Part shown: positions 55,301 through 64,000 of the stretch, piece after piece
Numbering within the stretch: the first letter of the stretch is position 1
How the letters are laid out: each line of letters begins with the position of its first letter
From: Lytechinus pictus
Taxonomy: Eukaryota
Assembly (NCBI RefSeq): GCF_037042905.1
Contig: NC_087245.1
Span: 9,178,001-9,242,000 of the forward strand
Direction of reading: 5' to 3'
DNA length: 64,000 nt
The notes under the pieces: model-generated
Seen by the model: only the letters and a program-made list of their open reading frames with translations
What the model was told of the DNA's origin: nothing
The model's database searches: none
Program-made: the position numbers and the translations under genes

Positions 55301-58300
55301 TATTGCATTAATTATAATAATAATGTGCAACATATTTAGAAAACTTAATACAATGTTTCGAGGTGCTGCATGCTATTACCCTTGCTTTAAATAGCATGGT
55401 TATCCTGAGCAGGTGCTTCTGCTGTAGAATGTTTGGTACTTGAGATGGTGTTATTGGTATTCACAACATATCAAACATAACTGTGGTAGCATTATGAAGA
55501 TTATGTGCAAGGATGTGTCCAGAGTGCAAAAAATATAATTGATGAAAAACATAACAATCAGTTAAAGTTATGTAGCTTCACAAAAGTCGTTGCAGCATTA
55601 TTTTACTCAGGAATCCTGCAATTGCATATTAAAGGAGCAATAAGCTGATTGGATTTCAGGGTCATGTGGACAAAGGTCACAGGGTCAAACGTCACAGCGG
55701 TAAATACATACATGGAAATATGTCATTCTTGAGAAAATTAAGAGCTGTTTTTAGGGATTGACTTCAAATTAAATACAAGTATGCATATTGGTGGAACAAT
55801 CTGATTAGATTAGTGTGTAATATATTCTTGATTTGACAAATTTCAATTGCATGCAGTTGAGAATTCATCTAGTTTTGTCTAATATCATACTGCAGGGTGC
55901 GACATAAGCGCTTGCCCGATTGCCCGGGGCAAGTAAAAGTTAGAGTCGGGCAAGTGTTTTGAAGCAAAGACAAAAACTGCTTGCCCAAATCGGGCAAGCA
56001 AAATTCTCCTATGGAAATTATATTTTAGAAAGATTCCCCATATTTCACCATCAAAATATAGAAAAGAAAAGGAGACAAAAAAAAAGCAATATCATTAATT
56101 TCTTCTTTCGAATTGCAAAATTTGCGCAATGTGCGCCATTTTCTGCAATAAACACACTGCTCAGAGACGTACACACACACACAGAATCAATGGCAGTCTA
56201 GCATACCTAGCTAGCTAGCGCCTAGTCCACGCAGCCAATAAGCATGTAGTTAAGTTTCTACGGAGTACGGTGCTGCACGAACAAAGTTTGCTCTGGAAAA
56301 AATCTCCCACAGAACTGTCAAAATTCACATTTCTTACCAATGAAAATTCTTGTAGTGTCCATATTTCCTAAAAATTGAAGGTAGCTCTGTCATTTGTAAG
56401 CAGTAAAAGGAGAAATTTTCACTTCTGTTATGCTTAAAAAAGATCGGGTTTCGAATGATCGTCTGTATCGCACACACTGAAATACATTGTTTGACAGTCC
56501 CACATATGCATTTGTGTGTATGTTGATAAACGTGGTTTCTTTCGTAACTATTTTTGTAGCCAAGGAAATTGATAAATTTTCTTCTTTATTTATGACTGGA
56601 TATTTTGAGCTTTCTTCCTCTCTATTTTCTTTCTTTCTGCCTATCTTTCCTTCTTTTGAATCTATCTTTATTTCTTTAAATTTCCTTCCTTCTTTTGTTA
56701 TTTTTTTCTGTTACTATAGCTGTCTTTCTTTTTGTCATTCTTCTCTTTCTATCTTTTTATCTTTCTTCCTTCCATCCAACCTTTGTTTACCTATTTCTTT
56801 AATCCTTCCTTCTTTTTCCCCTTCCTTTCATTCTTTCTTACTGTCTTCCTTCCGTCCATCCATGCTTTACCTTTTCTTCCTGTCTTTTTTTCTTCCTTAC
56901 TTTCTTCATCCCTTTCATACTTTCTTTTCTTTATTTCTTTCTTTCCTTCCTTTCTTTTTGTCTTTCATTCTTTCTTTCTCCTTCCTTCCTTTCTTTCTTT
57001 CCTTCTGTCTTTCTTTCTGTTTTTCTTTATTTCTGTCTTTCGTTCTTTTGATCTTTTTTTTCCATCCATCCTTTCTTTTCTTCCTTATTTTTTCTTTCTG
57101 CCTTCCTTCATCTCTTTCCTTCATTCCTTCCTTCATTTCTTTCTGTCTATCGTTCTATCTTTTTTTTTTCTTCCATCTATCCTTATACCTTTTCTTTCTT
57201 CCTATCTTCCTTCTTTCCTTTCTCTCGTTTTCTTTCTCATTTCCTTCCATCAATCCTTTACCTTTTCTTTTTCTCTTTTCTTTCTTCCTTTCTTTCTTTT
57301 TACCTTTTTTCTTTCTTTTTCTTTTTTTATTCGTTCCTTTCTTTCCTTCCTTTCTATTCCCCTCATTTTTTTCTATTTTTTTTCTTTTCTTCTTTCTTTC
57401 TTTCTTTCTTCCTTTCTTTCTTTCCTTCTTTCTTTCTGATTTCCTTTTTTTTTCTTTTTTTTTCTTTTTTTTTCTTTTGTTCTTTTGATCTTTCTTTTTT
57501 TCCATCCATCCTTTCTTTTCTTCCTTATTGTTTCTTTCTGCCTTCCTTCATCTCTTTCCTTCATTCCTTCATTTCTTTCTGTCTTTCGTTGTATCTATCT
57601 TTCTTTCTTTTTTTTCCTTCCTTCCATCTTTCCTTATACCTTTTCTTCCTTCCTTTCTTCCTTCTTTCCTTTCTCTCGTTTTCTTTCTTTCCCTTTTCCT
57701 TCCTTTCTGTTGACCTTTTTTCCTTTTATTCATTCCTTTCTTTCTCTTCCTCTCATTTTTTTCCTATTTTTTTCTTTCTTTTTTTTTCCATCCTCCTTTC
57801 CCTTCCCTTTTTCCTTACTTTCTTTCCACCTTTCTCTTCCCCGCAGCCATTCTCTCTCTCTCTTTCTTTCTTTATTATTTTTTTTTTCTTTCTTCCTTCC
57901 TTTATTTCTTCGTCCTTTCTGTCTTTCTTCTTACTTTTTTTTCTTTCATTCTCTCCCCCTCCTTTATTTTTTTTTCTCTGGTTATTTTCAGTGATTTCCC
58001 CATTTTTTATTATGTGTCCTTGTCCCCTCCAAAATATATGGAAAATATATGAGATTAGGAAATTAATTTAAGAGCATATTTACCATATATTTTGTCATGA
58101 TGTTCAAGATAAAAATCATTAAAAAAAAAGAAATACAACTACAAGGTACATCAGTAGTTATGTTGAAAAATGTATTTTTAAAGCCGTCAATGGTATGGTA
58201 AGTAATACTATAAGGCTATAAATTGTTTTAAAGCAATAAAACTTTGTTTTGAAGGATTTTTTCGGGCAAGTGAAATCTATATTCGGGCAAGTTTTTTCCA

Positions 58301-59094
58301 ACTATTTGAAAATTTACTTGCCCGACTGGGCAAGTGCTTCAAAAAAGTTATGTAGCACCCTGCATACTGTACATGTAAAAGCAATATTTACAAACTTACT
58401 ATGCAGGATTTTTATTCAAGACATAACATTCATATCTTATTGATTTTATTGCTTTTTATTCTCTTCATACATGGAGGTCAAGTAATGTACATCTTTGTGT
58501 GTTTTAAGTTGCAAAATTGTATAATTCTTTTCATTTTTTTACCCCCTTGATGCTGCAGGGTGGATCTATTCTAAATGATCTTCGTCGACTCAATGTTGCC
58601 ATGACGAGGGCCAAGCACAAGTTGCTTTGGATTGGTAGCCTCAAGTGCCTGTCACAGTTTCAACCTGTCCAGAAACTAATTGCATTCATGCAACAGCATC
58701 AACTAATATCCTTGACAATTACTTAACATATGAACTATGCTTCCATAAAGAGTAGAGATTTTCCAAGTTACTGTACTCTTAATCGCATGCTATATTGGTA
58801 CCTTACCAAGAAGCATTCTCCCCCTCCCCTGCATATTTCAGATATTAGCTTTTAAAATGAGAGTCATTAATTGAATGCTATATTCTCTCTACTAGCTTTT
58901 TATTTTGTAGTCTTATTGACTATGATAATGGTGTTATTATTGAGGTTAATAATGATGATGATGGATATGATTTGGTAGTGGTGGTGGAGGTGATGATGAT
59001 GATGATGATTTTGTTCTTAGTGAAAGTAAGAAACCTTGACTTTCTTCTATACATCAGAAATCTCCCTCATGATGCCGGAAAGCAGACAACCTGA
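14591..59094 (+). CDS. DNA2: DNA replication ATP-dependent helicase/nuclease DNA2 (spliced, 28 coding exons traced; 5' end uncertain)
   Basis: Exons join in frame with consistent intron phases (4959 nt including the stop). Motifs: [73 protein letters not shown] (Fe-S), GMPGTGKTT (Walker A), IVDEASQ (Walker B), [39 protein letters not shown]. Confidence 0.96.
14870..15015 (+). mobile_element. tRNA-derived SINE fragment
   Basis: B-box GGTTCAAATCCC at ~14909, followed by a CACTCAACCCAG...AATGGGTA core-like segment; no intact cloverleaf. Confidence 0.5.
15076..15653 (+). mobile_element. Helentron-associated non-autonomous element (HINE/DINE-like)
   Basis: Starts in a T-run; subterminal IRs ATGCCCCCGC (15081) / GCGGGGGCAT (15611); 3' hairpin GTGTCC-TTT-GGACAC; ends CTAGTTT; ~140-bp internal tandem units. 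Confidence 0.75.
16127..16181 (+). CDS. DNA2: DNA2 exon ([18 protein letters not shown])
   Basis: ttctag|...G|gtaagc, phase 0-1. Confidence 0.7.
17449..17574 (+). CDS. DNA2: DNA2 exon ([11 protein letters not shown]...DPQDVL)
   Basis: ttgtag|...G|gtgtgt, phase 1-1, open frame. Confidence 0.75.
18022..18718. mobile_element. piggyBac-like MITE (family of 39332)
   Basis: TTAA-CCCT start; body similar to 39332-40103; eroded right end ...GG-TTAA. Confidence 0.7.
19016..19538. mobile_element. Kolobok-like palindromic MITE
   Basis: AGGACAAGTCCAC ... GTGGACTTGACCT, flanked by ATAA/TTAA. Confidence 0.75.
19739..21315 (+). CDS. DNA2: DNA2 large exon encoding the low-complexity N-terminal extension
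   Basis: 1577-nt open exon within ORF 19681..21366; aacag| acceptor, AAG|gtcagt donor, phase 1-0. Confidence 0.85.
21808..21953 (+). CDS. DNA2: DNA2 exon (VEGNAIS...[13 protein letters not shown]), start of OB-fold region
   Basis: ttctag|...AA|gtaagg, phase 0-2. Confidence 0.85.
22173..22329. mobile_element. Harbinger-type MITE (~157 bp)
   Basis: TIR GGCTCTATAACACAAAGG / CCTTTGTGTTGCAGAGCG; CAG TSD. Confidence 0.7.
22588..22656 (+). CDS. DNA2: DNA2 exon (NKRLSV...KFCILKDTW)
   Basis: accag|...TG|gtaaga; resembles the DNA2 CILxxxW segment. Confidence 0.9.
23433..23594 (+). CDS. DNA2: DNA2 exon (QDSLVEEG...SNSIRCMR; first Fe-S Cys)
   Basis: ctcag|...AG|gtgagt; conserved [16 protein letters not shown]. 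Confidence 0.95.
23909..24064. mobile_element. Harbinger-type MITE (156 bp)
   Basis: Perfect TIR GGCTCCGTAACACAAAG / CTTTGTGTTACGGAGCC; 3-bp CTG TSD. Confidence 0.85.
24283..24307 (+). CDS. DNA2: DNA2 25-nt micro-exon (RSVLSENFK)
   Basis: Long pyrimidine tract, ttgcag|...AAG|gtaaac; restores the frame and the RR(A/S)VLSE.F motif. Confidence 0.9.
24725..24787 (+). CDS. DNA2: DNA2 exon ([21 protein letters not shown])
   Basis: Canonical splice sites; nuclease G..LHEVF motif. Confidence 0.95.
25548..25633 (+). CDS. DNA2: DNA2 exon (AILKNQF...AFLCDM)
   Basis: ttatag|...AT|gtgagt, phase 0-2. Confidence 0.9.
25843..26418 (+). mobile_element. Older HINE/DINE-like Helentron derivative
   Basis: Subterminal IRs ATGCCTCTGC (25848) / GCAGAGGCAT (26375), 3' hairpin, ends CATCTAG; a related 3' end lies at ~55840-55872. 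Confidence 0.6.
26457..26579 (+). CDS. DNA2: DNA2 exon ([17 protein letters not shown]...)
   Basis: gacag|...TG|gtagga, phase 2-2. Confidence 0.9.
27385..27508 (+). CDS. DNA2: DNA2 exon ([24 protein letters not shown]; nuclease catalytic Asp)
   Basis: Canonical splice sites and the hallmark DNA2 nuclease motif. Confidence 0.97.
28136..28231 (+). CDS. DNA2: DNA2 exon ([19 protein letters not shown])
   Basis: ExK nuclease motif; canonical splice sites. Confidence 0.97.
28560..28677 (+). CDS. DNA2: DNA2 exon (LILYSLML...LLYLKT...HMDKR)
   Basis: ttacag|...G|gtattc; continues the QxxxY nuclease motif. Confidence 0.95.
29712..29913 (+). CDS. DNA2: DNA2 exon ([10 protein letters not shown]...[10 protein letters not shown]; Fe-S Cys cluster)
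   Basis: CxxCxxxxxC motif; canonical splice sites. Confidence 0.95.
29990..32279. mobile_element. Kolobok-like non-autonomous DNA transposon with internal ~230-bp tandem repeats
   Basis: TIR GGACGTTCCACAGTTA / TAACTGTGGAACATCT; TTAA on both sides; units marked by TCCATGTCATTTTCATCA at ~30450, 30674, 30910, 31143, 31367. Confidence 0.82.
32705..32890 (+). CDS. DNA2: DNA2 exon ([20 protein letters not shown]...NIW)
   Basis: ttcag|...AG|gtaggt; an alternative in-frame acceptor lies 6-7 nt downstream. Confidence 0.92.
33147..33257 (+). CDS. DNA2: DNA2 exon ([10 protein letters not shown]...FRRKQGVK)
   Basis: ttgtag|...GG|gtaagt, phase 2-2. Confidence 0.9.
33772..33915 (+). CDS. DNA2: DNA2 exon ([10 protein letters not shown]...KISSD)
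   Basis: ttccag|...AG|gtgggt; GDRV.IS motif. Confidence 0.92.
34379..34498 (+). CDS. DNA2: DNA2 exon (LYRIDKDD...NLTKLM)
   Basis: catcag|...AA|gtaggt; YRID motif. Confidence 0.92.
34867..38291 (+). mobile_element. Non-autonomous Gypsy-derived LTR retrotransposon, structurally complete
   Basis: 392-bp LTRs (34867-35258, 37900-38291) TGTAGCATAAC...GTTACGCCACA; ATAT TSD; PBS TGGTGGCCGCGGTGGGATT (tRNA-Leu-like) at 35260; PPT GGGGAGGGG before the 3' LTR; decayed RNase H-like remnant at ~36810-37020. Confidence 0.95.
35360..36710. repeat. Tandem arrays inside the LTR element (~98-bp units, then 50-bp units)
   Basis: 50-bp unit GCCTACACACGTTGGTGAATAGCGCCCTGGGTGTGTGTGGCGGAGATAGT; the larger unit shares the CACGTTGGTGAATAGC core. 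Confidence 0.95.
38329..38510 (+). CDS. DNA2: DNA2 exon ([25 protein letters not shown])
   Basis: Q motif and first half of Walker A; canonical splice sites. Confidence 0.95.
38863..38978 (+). CDS. DNA2: DNA2 exon ([10 protein letters not shown]...[14 protein letters not shown])
   Basis: Second half of Walker A and motif Ia. Confidence 0.97.
39332..40103. mobile_element. piggyBac-like MITE (772 bp)
   Basis: TIR CCCTAACTCTCCCGGGG / CCCCGGGAGAATTAGGG; TTAA TSD on both sides. Confidence 0.9.
40320..40900 (-). pseudogene. Highly decayed LINE ORF2 fragment
   Basis: [28 protein letters not shown]...MPDTNI resemble the CR1-group APE-RT linker; many stops. Confidence 0.4.
43378..43632. mobile_element. 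hAT-type MITE nested in the Harbinger element
   Basis: CACTGGTGTA / TACGCCACTG termini; perfect 8-bp TSD AAATCCAT. Confidence 0.8.
43678..44370. mobile_element. Diverged piggyBac-like MITE nested in the Harbinger element
   Basis: TAA-CCCTAA start, GG-TTAA end; body similar to 39332-40103. Confidence 0.65.
45214..45638. mobile_element. hAT-type MITE nested in the Harbinger element
   Basis: CAGTGTTGTGTACCGAGG / CCTAGGATACAACACTA; TSD ATAGCTAT / ATAGTTAT (1 mismatch). Confidence 0.7.
45708..45889. repeat. ~180-bp foldback (palindromic MITE)
   Basis: CGTCGATGCATAAACTGTAAGCTCAAAAAAG pairs with CTTTTTTGAGCTTACACTTTATGCATCGACG. Confidence 0.8.
47209..47363. mobile_element. Harbinger-type MITE (third copy)
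   Basis: Shares ATTAGCGATCAATCGCTAAATGAA with the 23909 copy; CAG TSD. Confidence 0.75.
47968..48096 (+). CDS. DNA2: DNA2 exon (YKIDILRLG...IHP)
   Basis: cccag|...AAG|gtatga; LRLG motif. Confidence 0.93.
48620..49130 (-). pseudogene. Decayed LINE ORF1 C-terminus / ORF2 start fragment
   Basis: [36 protein letters not shown] resembles the CR1/L1-type ORF1 RRM-CTD region. Confidence 0.45.
50992..51587. mobile_element. Kolobok-like palindromic MITE (596 bp, complete)
   Basis: AGGTCAAGTCCACCCC ... GGGGTGGACTTGTCCT, long imperfect inverted arms, TTAA on both sides. Confidence 0.85.
51982..52175 (+). CDS. DNA2: DNA2 exon (VVATT...IVDEASQ...[11 protein letters not shown])
   Basis: Walker B and motif III. 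Confidence 0.97.
52347..53194. repeat. 425-bp intronic tandem duplication
   Basis: 52347-52770 repeated at 52772-53194 with few differences. Confidence 0.95.
53310..53514 (+). CDS. DNA2: DNA2 exon ([10 protein letters not shown]...QFRMN)
   Basis: Canonical splice sites; SF1 helicase motifs. Confidence 0.96.
54265..54429 (+). CDS. DNA2: DNA2 exon ([18 protein letters not shown]...NRLEA)
   Basis: ctatag|...CAA|gtatgt; FLNTD and NxxEA motifs. Confidence 0.94.
55005..55193 (+). CDS. DNA2: DNA2 exon ([10 protein letters not shown]...[11 protein letters not shown])
   Basis: Helicase motifs IV/V. Confidence 0.97.
55893..58362. mobile_element. Non-autonomous TIR element (P- or hAT-like) carrying a CT-rich tract
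   Basis: TIR CAGGGTGCGACATAA / TTATGTAGCACCCTG; 7-bp TSD CATACTG; subterminal CGGGCAAG/CTTGCCCG repeats at both ends. Confidence 0.85.
56580..57990. repeat. Polypyrimidine low-complexity tract (TTTC/TTCC-like)
   Basis: Almost only C/T on the + strand; internal duplication ~57040-57240 vs ~57480-57690. Confidence 0.95.
58559..58705 (+). CDS. DNA2: DNA2 exon ([18 protein letters not shown]...QQHQL)
   Basis: Motif VI; ends at the U12 donor ATATCCTT. Confidence 0.95.
58706..59052 (+). other. U12-type (minor spliceosome) AT-AC intron
   Basis: 5' site ATATCCTTG; branch site CCTTGAC at 59034-59040; AC 3' site at 59051-59052; splicing keeps the frame. Confidence 0.88.
59053..59094 (+). CDS. DNA2: DNA2 terminal coding exon ([13 protein letters not shown])
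   Basis: Follows the AC acceptor; gives L-I-x-x-L-P, like the DNA2 C-terminus. Confidence 0.85.
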   Translation: MRNLPHDAGKQTT

Positions 59095-61646
59095 CAAGAC
59101 TCCTGATTATCTAACATGTGGTGATAGATGGTACTCCAGGAAAAGTTCAGGCAAGCAAGTGGCAGATCCCTTTCATATTGCTATTTAATGTCAAGAATTA
59201 TTGATGGTTTAATGATGAAAAATATTTTTTTAGATGGTGTTTGTGAGTAACTTGGAAGACTTTCAAAATCAGTTGTCAGACTGGTTCTATGGTAGATGGT
59301 GTGAAGATACATCCATCAGTGAATTGGCTAGGTTTGTATGTCTTCTTAAGAGGAGCGAATTCTACAAAAGAATGGTGCTGATATCATACCTCTATTACAC
59401 CTTTATATCAAAATACATGAATAACATCATTATAACACCATACCTACATGACATCATTATAGCACTTACCTTGATAATACTTACCGGTACATGGCATTAG
59501 ACATATCAGTATTTTGCAAGTATACAAGTTTTCTGGAGTACATCTACCAGAAAGCAGTAAATGGTGTCAAATATTTTCTTTTATATTCTTCACCAGTCTG
59601 TATCACACAACATTGTCACTGTTTTCTCAGTCACCACAAGGGAAGTCACTTGTGGGAAAGATGACAATACTTGGAGCTATCAGATTCTCATTTTACTTAG
59701 GCAGATGTTTTACAAATTTGACTGTTAAAAGATTGCCCTTCAAATGTCCTCTAATTATAGTGGCTTGTGGGAAAAAAGTCACAGCTGACTTGATCGGGTC
59801 GACCACTAGTGTGTAGTCCCATATATACATTTATGTGCTCACTGCATGTGGCTGTCATCAGAATAGAGTCATTTTTTTATCACTTCAGTATTTCCCAAAC
59901 AAGAGAGCAAGCAAACATTAGTTTGTTATTGGTGCATGATGCACTTTGAAACCCTTTTTGAAAAGCACTTTATAAATATTAAGCAAATCACTGTTGATAA
60001 AGATGATGGGAAAAATGGCTTCCGGGGCAAGCAGGATATCAATATCTTTCCAAAGCGAAGCTGAGGAAAGATAGCGAGTACATCCAGCTGCCGAGGAAGT
60101 GATAGTTTGCCTCATCACCTGAAATCAAGAGGTGATTATATGCTTTATATGCCACATCTGGAACCACTTTAAAAAGAGAAATTGATAGTCATACATCTCT
60201 ATGAAATGGAGGTTTGATTTTACAAAATCAAGATTTTCTAAGAAAACCAAAAAAATCACTCTGATATGCTTATTTTAGTGCTTGTGCATATTTAAACTGC
60301 ATGCAAGTATTTAGATCTTGAGTCAAGTAAGATGGTGACACAACATTTGCTCCTGTGACAATTGCTCCAGGCTTAATTTCGTCTAAGATGTAGGGTTAGG
60401 GTACGGGTTGCAATAGGTTTATATGTTGGATTTAGGGTAGAGTATAGTGTTAGGTCCAGAGTTAATCATTAAATTAGTGTGTAAAATCTAGAGCGGACGA
60501 TGCATGTTCATTTTGCGCAAAGTTTTACTGCTAGTGCTTATGTACACTTTGCACATGCATATAGATCTTCAGCGATCATCACTACATGTGGAGTAAGATG
60601 GAACAAAAAGCATTGCGTTGCATTGACCTATTTATTTCTTGTGTACAATGTGTTATGACCCTTTGGGGAGAAGTGGTCAGCGAAACACAGAAGTTCCATC
60701 ACCACGAGTGATGCTTAATAGGTAGGCTACACTTTATAATGTGTTGATTTTCGACCAATCCTATAGCAAGATTCTTAGTATCTGAATATTAAATGCATTA
60801 TTATTATCATTATGAATAGTACTACTATTATATGTCACACCGCCAGTATTGGACATATTCTTCCATATTTCAGTCTCTTGACCTTCTTGAATACTACATT
60901 GTCTGATGCCCATTATGTCAATGCAGGGACAACTAGTTGCCTGTATTCACTAAGTTTATATTTATATGAGCAATAATTTATTCATGTGCATGTGTAATCA
61001 TCCAGTACTAGAGCAAGTAATCTATGCAAATATGATCATTGTACTCACATACTCTATGCAATGAGCTTGCACATGCTTTTAAGATTAAGTATGGTAAACG
61101 TGTTATCATTGAGGGTTTTTTTTCTGTCTTTTTTTTGGTCAAATTTGACAACTTTAGACGACTTGTGAATAGGAGAATAAGATTTTGACACGGATGAACT
61201 ACATGTAATTCAATTAATAGAAAAGTTTTTAAAAATACATGAATTTGATAAATAGGAAAGATGATAAGTAGGACATTTGAATTTTCAAATGTGTGATAGA
61301 AAATTTAACTTATATTACTTATCAATGTGTGAGATTAAAAAAAAAAAGAGATTTATATAGAAAGAGACTTTGTGAGAGAAATTTGTTATTTAAATTACAG
61401 TATTTATTGCCCAAATGATATTGTGTAATAGATGTGAATGATTGGATCTTAGCACTGCGATAAGAAGGATTGCATTTGTGATCTAATTTACATTAATATT
61501 TCTTATTAAATAGATCTCAGTTACAGTAATCATTACGGTGAAGAATTGGAGTGTGAGATTTATCCTGATTAGATAATTTTAACAATCCATCCTTTTAGTG
61601 ACTGAGATTTACCAAAGACCTGGAACCTTCTGCCTTCCTGCCAGGC

Positions 61647-62723
61647 TGTAATGTGAAGGGTAGTACTACATATTATGTTATGCAGTGCCCATTGGAAGAT
61701 CAGGCTGTACTATTGAAAGAAAGCCAATTTCAGACTGGTTTGCAGTGGTAAAGGTATTTTAATCCATGAAAGACAGCCTCGCTGCAGAGACATAAATAAT
61801 AAAAATACAATGTAAATACATATTGATAAAATAACATCATATGACCCATGTAAAACATTTATTCCATGTGATAATTTACAATTATTTCAATAAATAGTTT
61901 ATACAATATTATGATTATAAGTCTCAATATGACATTTCTTTATTCTTGCTTCACACATAAGGGTTGATAAAAATATACATATATATCATCCATAACTAAA
62001 CTGCAGTTTGGATAAAAAATGCAAAAAAACAATTCCTGCATATTACATAATAAAAAGACAGGTTTTATTGCAATACGATCCAATTAAAATAACTCACCGC
62101 CCACACCTCTCAGTATCTCTGGTTTAATGCACTCTGGTAATTACAGTATTGTTATGTTGAGCTAAAGGGAAAATAAAACAAACTACAATCAACATCATGA
62201 AACAGATCTGACGGTAAGTGGTTACAGTCGCATATTAGTGTAAAAACATTTATAAAAATCTTAACTTCAGAGGCATAAAATATGTCAGTTTACATATTAA
62301 AAATTCATATAAAGTAATCCCATAGGCATCAATAATTATTTAGTAAGAGTAAAATACATGATCACACAAAGTTTACAAGTATACAGTAGTATAATAACAA
62401 TAATAATTAACTCACTTGTACTTTGACTGAAACTAACACGGGAAGACAACCTTCTTCTTCAAAAGCTCAATCTCTTCTGCCCTCTTCCCGCCAATTTGTG
62501 CTCTAGCTGGCTTCAAAAGAAAACCTCCTACAGCTATTGGGGGTACATTATTGCTACCCCCAACTGACTCTTGATTGGTCAAGAGATCAACCCAGCCAAG
62601 TATATCCAGGGATGCTTAAATGCATATTTGAATACACTTTGAACAATAGCCATTGTTCACCAAACTACAGCAAATTTAAATAGCCTGATGCAACCCAATG
62701 GGGGTAGCCATTTTCACATTACA
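61647..62723 (-). repeat. 3' LTR (1077 bp) of the right-edge Gypsy element
   Basis: Perfect 11-bp terminal IR TGTAATGTGAA / TTCACATTACA; minus-strand PPT GGGGGGAAA just upstream (~62729-62737). Confidence 0.8.
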
Positions 62724-63059
62724 ACAAATTTCCCCCCAATTAATGAAATTGCCTGGCAATACATTAATTAAGCAATAAATAATTCAAACCGCCAATCACA
62801 AAATGACAAAATATAAAAAAAATATACATGTATGATAACATCTGTTTGCAGTCAATTATGGTAATTATGACAATAACTGGTAGTAACCTGGTAGATAAGG
62901 CAATAGAAAAATCAAAATACATGTAGCGAATCACAAATATCAAAATAAATAGAAACATTTGTTTGTTGTCAACCAAAATAATAACTTTTGACGATAACCG
63001 GTCAAAAAAACAAAATGAGCTTCTTGTTGTTCCCCCCTTATGGGGGAGACGACTTCCTC

Positions 63060-63998
63060 TTACGACTTTAGCACAGAACGAGGGAGATGATTCAGGTTAC
63101 TATGGATCCCTTTATTTATTCGGCTCGAACGCCGAGGACCATCACATGCATGTGCATCTGGTGACTGTACGACTGACTGGTCACCTGGGTGTGTTGAATC
63201 CCAAACAAAGATCAATGGGAGTTGTTCCTCATTACCAGCATCTTTGGCTTGGACCGTTATTGGGTCTTCGCACTTTTCATGCTGAAGGGAAGAGTCCTCA
63301 AATCCGCAAGGCATTCCATCATCCCTGGGGTCCTTGACGAGGAGTTTTCGATTCACTCTCATCATGCGACCACCCAACAATGGGCGGATTTCATACACGT
63401 CATCTGACATGTTTACCTTGGTAATGACATAGGGGTTGTTGTCAAATTTATCGGCCAGTTTATGCCTTCCGGTGAATGCACACTTTTTTAGGAGGACTCT
63501 AGTGCCAACTTTCAAGGGGTCACTCATTGGCAGTGCATCATGTCTTAGCTTCTCAGTCTGGAGTGTTGAAGAAATATTACTCTTAGCAGCCTCATGCGCC
63601 TGTTGAAGAGATATGGATTGCTCCTTGACATACTCTTCATTCCAGTCTCCATGCGTATTTCCTAGTAGTTGATCAAGAGGTGTGTATGGCTCTCTGCCAT
63701 ACAACAGATGAAAGGGTGAAAAACGTGTCACTTTATGTGGAGTGTAGTTGTAAAGTGACACTAGATGGCCTATAACATCTGGCCACTGTCGTCGCTCTGA
63801 TGAGGGAAGGGATCGGATCATTGCACAGAGAGTTCGATTGAACCTCTCAGTCTGACCGTTCCCTTGAGGGTGATACGGGGTCGTTCTTGATTTAGTGATT
63901 CCATACAACTGGCACAATTCACGTATGATAGCACTCTCAAAGTTTCTCCCCTGATCGGAATGGATCCTCAGGGGAACACCATAGTGTGCAAACCAGTG
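63060..63998 (-). mobile_element. Ty3/Gypsy pol C-terminus (integrase), continues beyond the window
   Basis: Frame is open to the edge: YGVPLRIHSDQGRNFES, TTPYHPQGNGQTERFNRTL, YNYTPH..T.FSPF.LLYGR. Confidence 0.93.
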
Positions 63999-64000
63999 GG

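Noticed and set aside
56487..58071. Long F/L/S-rich and K/R/E-rich ORFs (up to 333 aa)
   Set aside because: Artefacts of the stop-poor C/T low-complexity tract.

Overview
AT-rich, intron- and transposon-dense animal DNA; the repeat families suggest a marine invertebrate such as a sea urchin (inference). Most of the window (~14.3/14.6-59.1 kb, + strand) is one spliced gene for DNA2 nuclease/helicase. I traced 28 phase-consistent coding exons (~1650 aa) with the nuclease motifs, Fe-S cysteines and SF1 helicase motifs. The gene has a ~640-aa low-complexity N-terminal extension starting with a PIP-box-like motif, and its last intron is a U12-type AT-AC intron. Upstream is a transposon cluster: a hAT MITE in a minisatellite, a CR1-type LINE, a Crypton-like tyrosine recombinase remnant, a hAT remnant, and an uninterrupted 571-codon chimeric ORF joining a hydrophobic LINE-type leader with a 2A-like motif (GDVHPNPGP) to an intact Gypsy integrase. 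DNA2 introns hold a young non-autonomous LTR element with tandem arrays, a 5.6-kb Harbinger-type element, and Kolobok-, piggyBac-, Helentron- and hAT/P-like non-autonomous elements. A second Gypsy element runs off the right edge. All coordinates were read by eye; no database searches were run.
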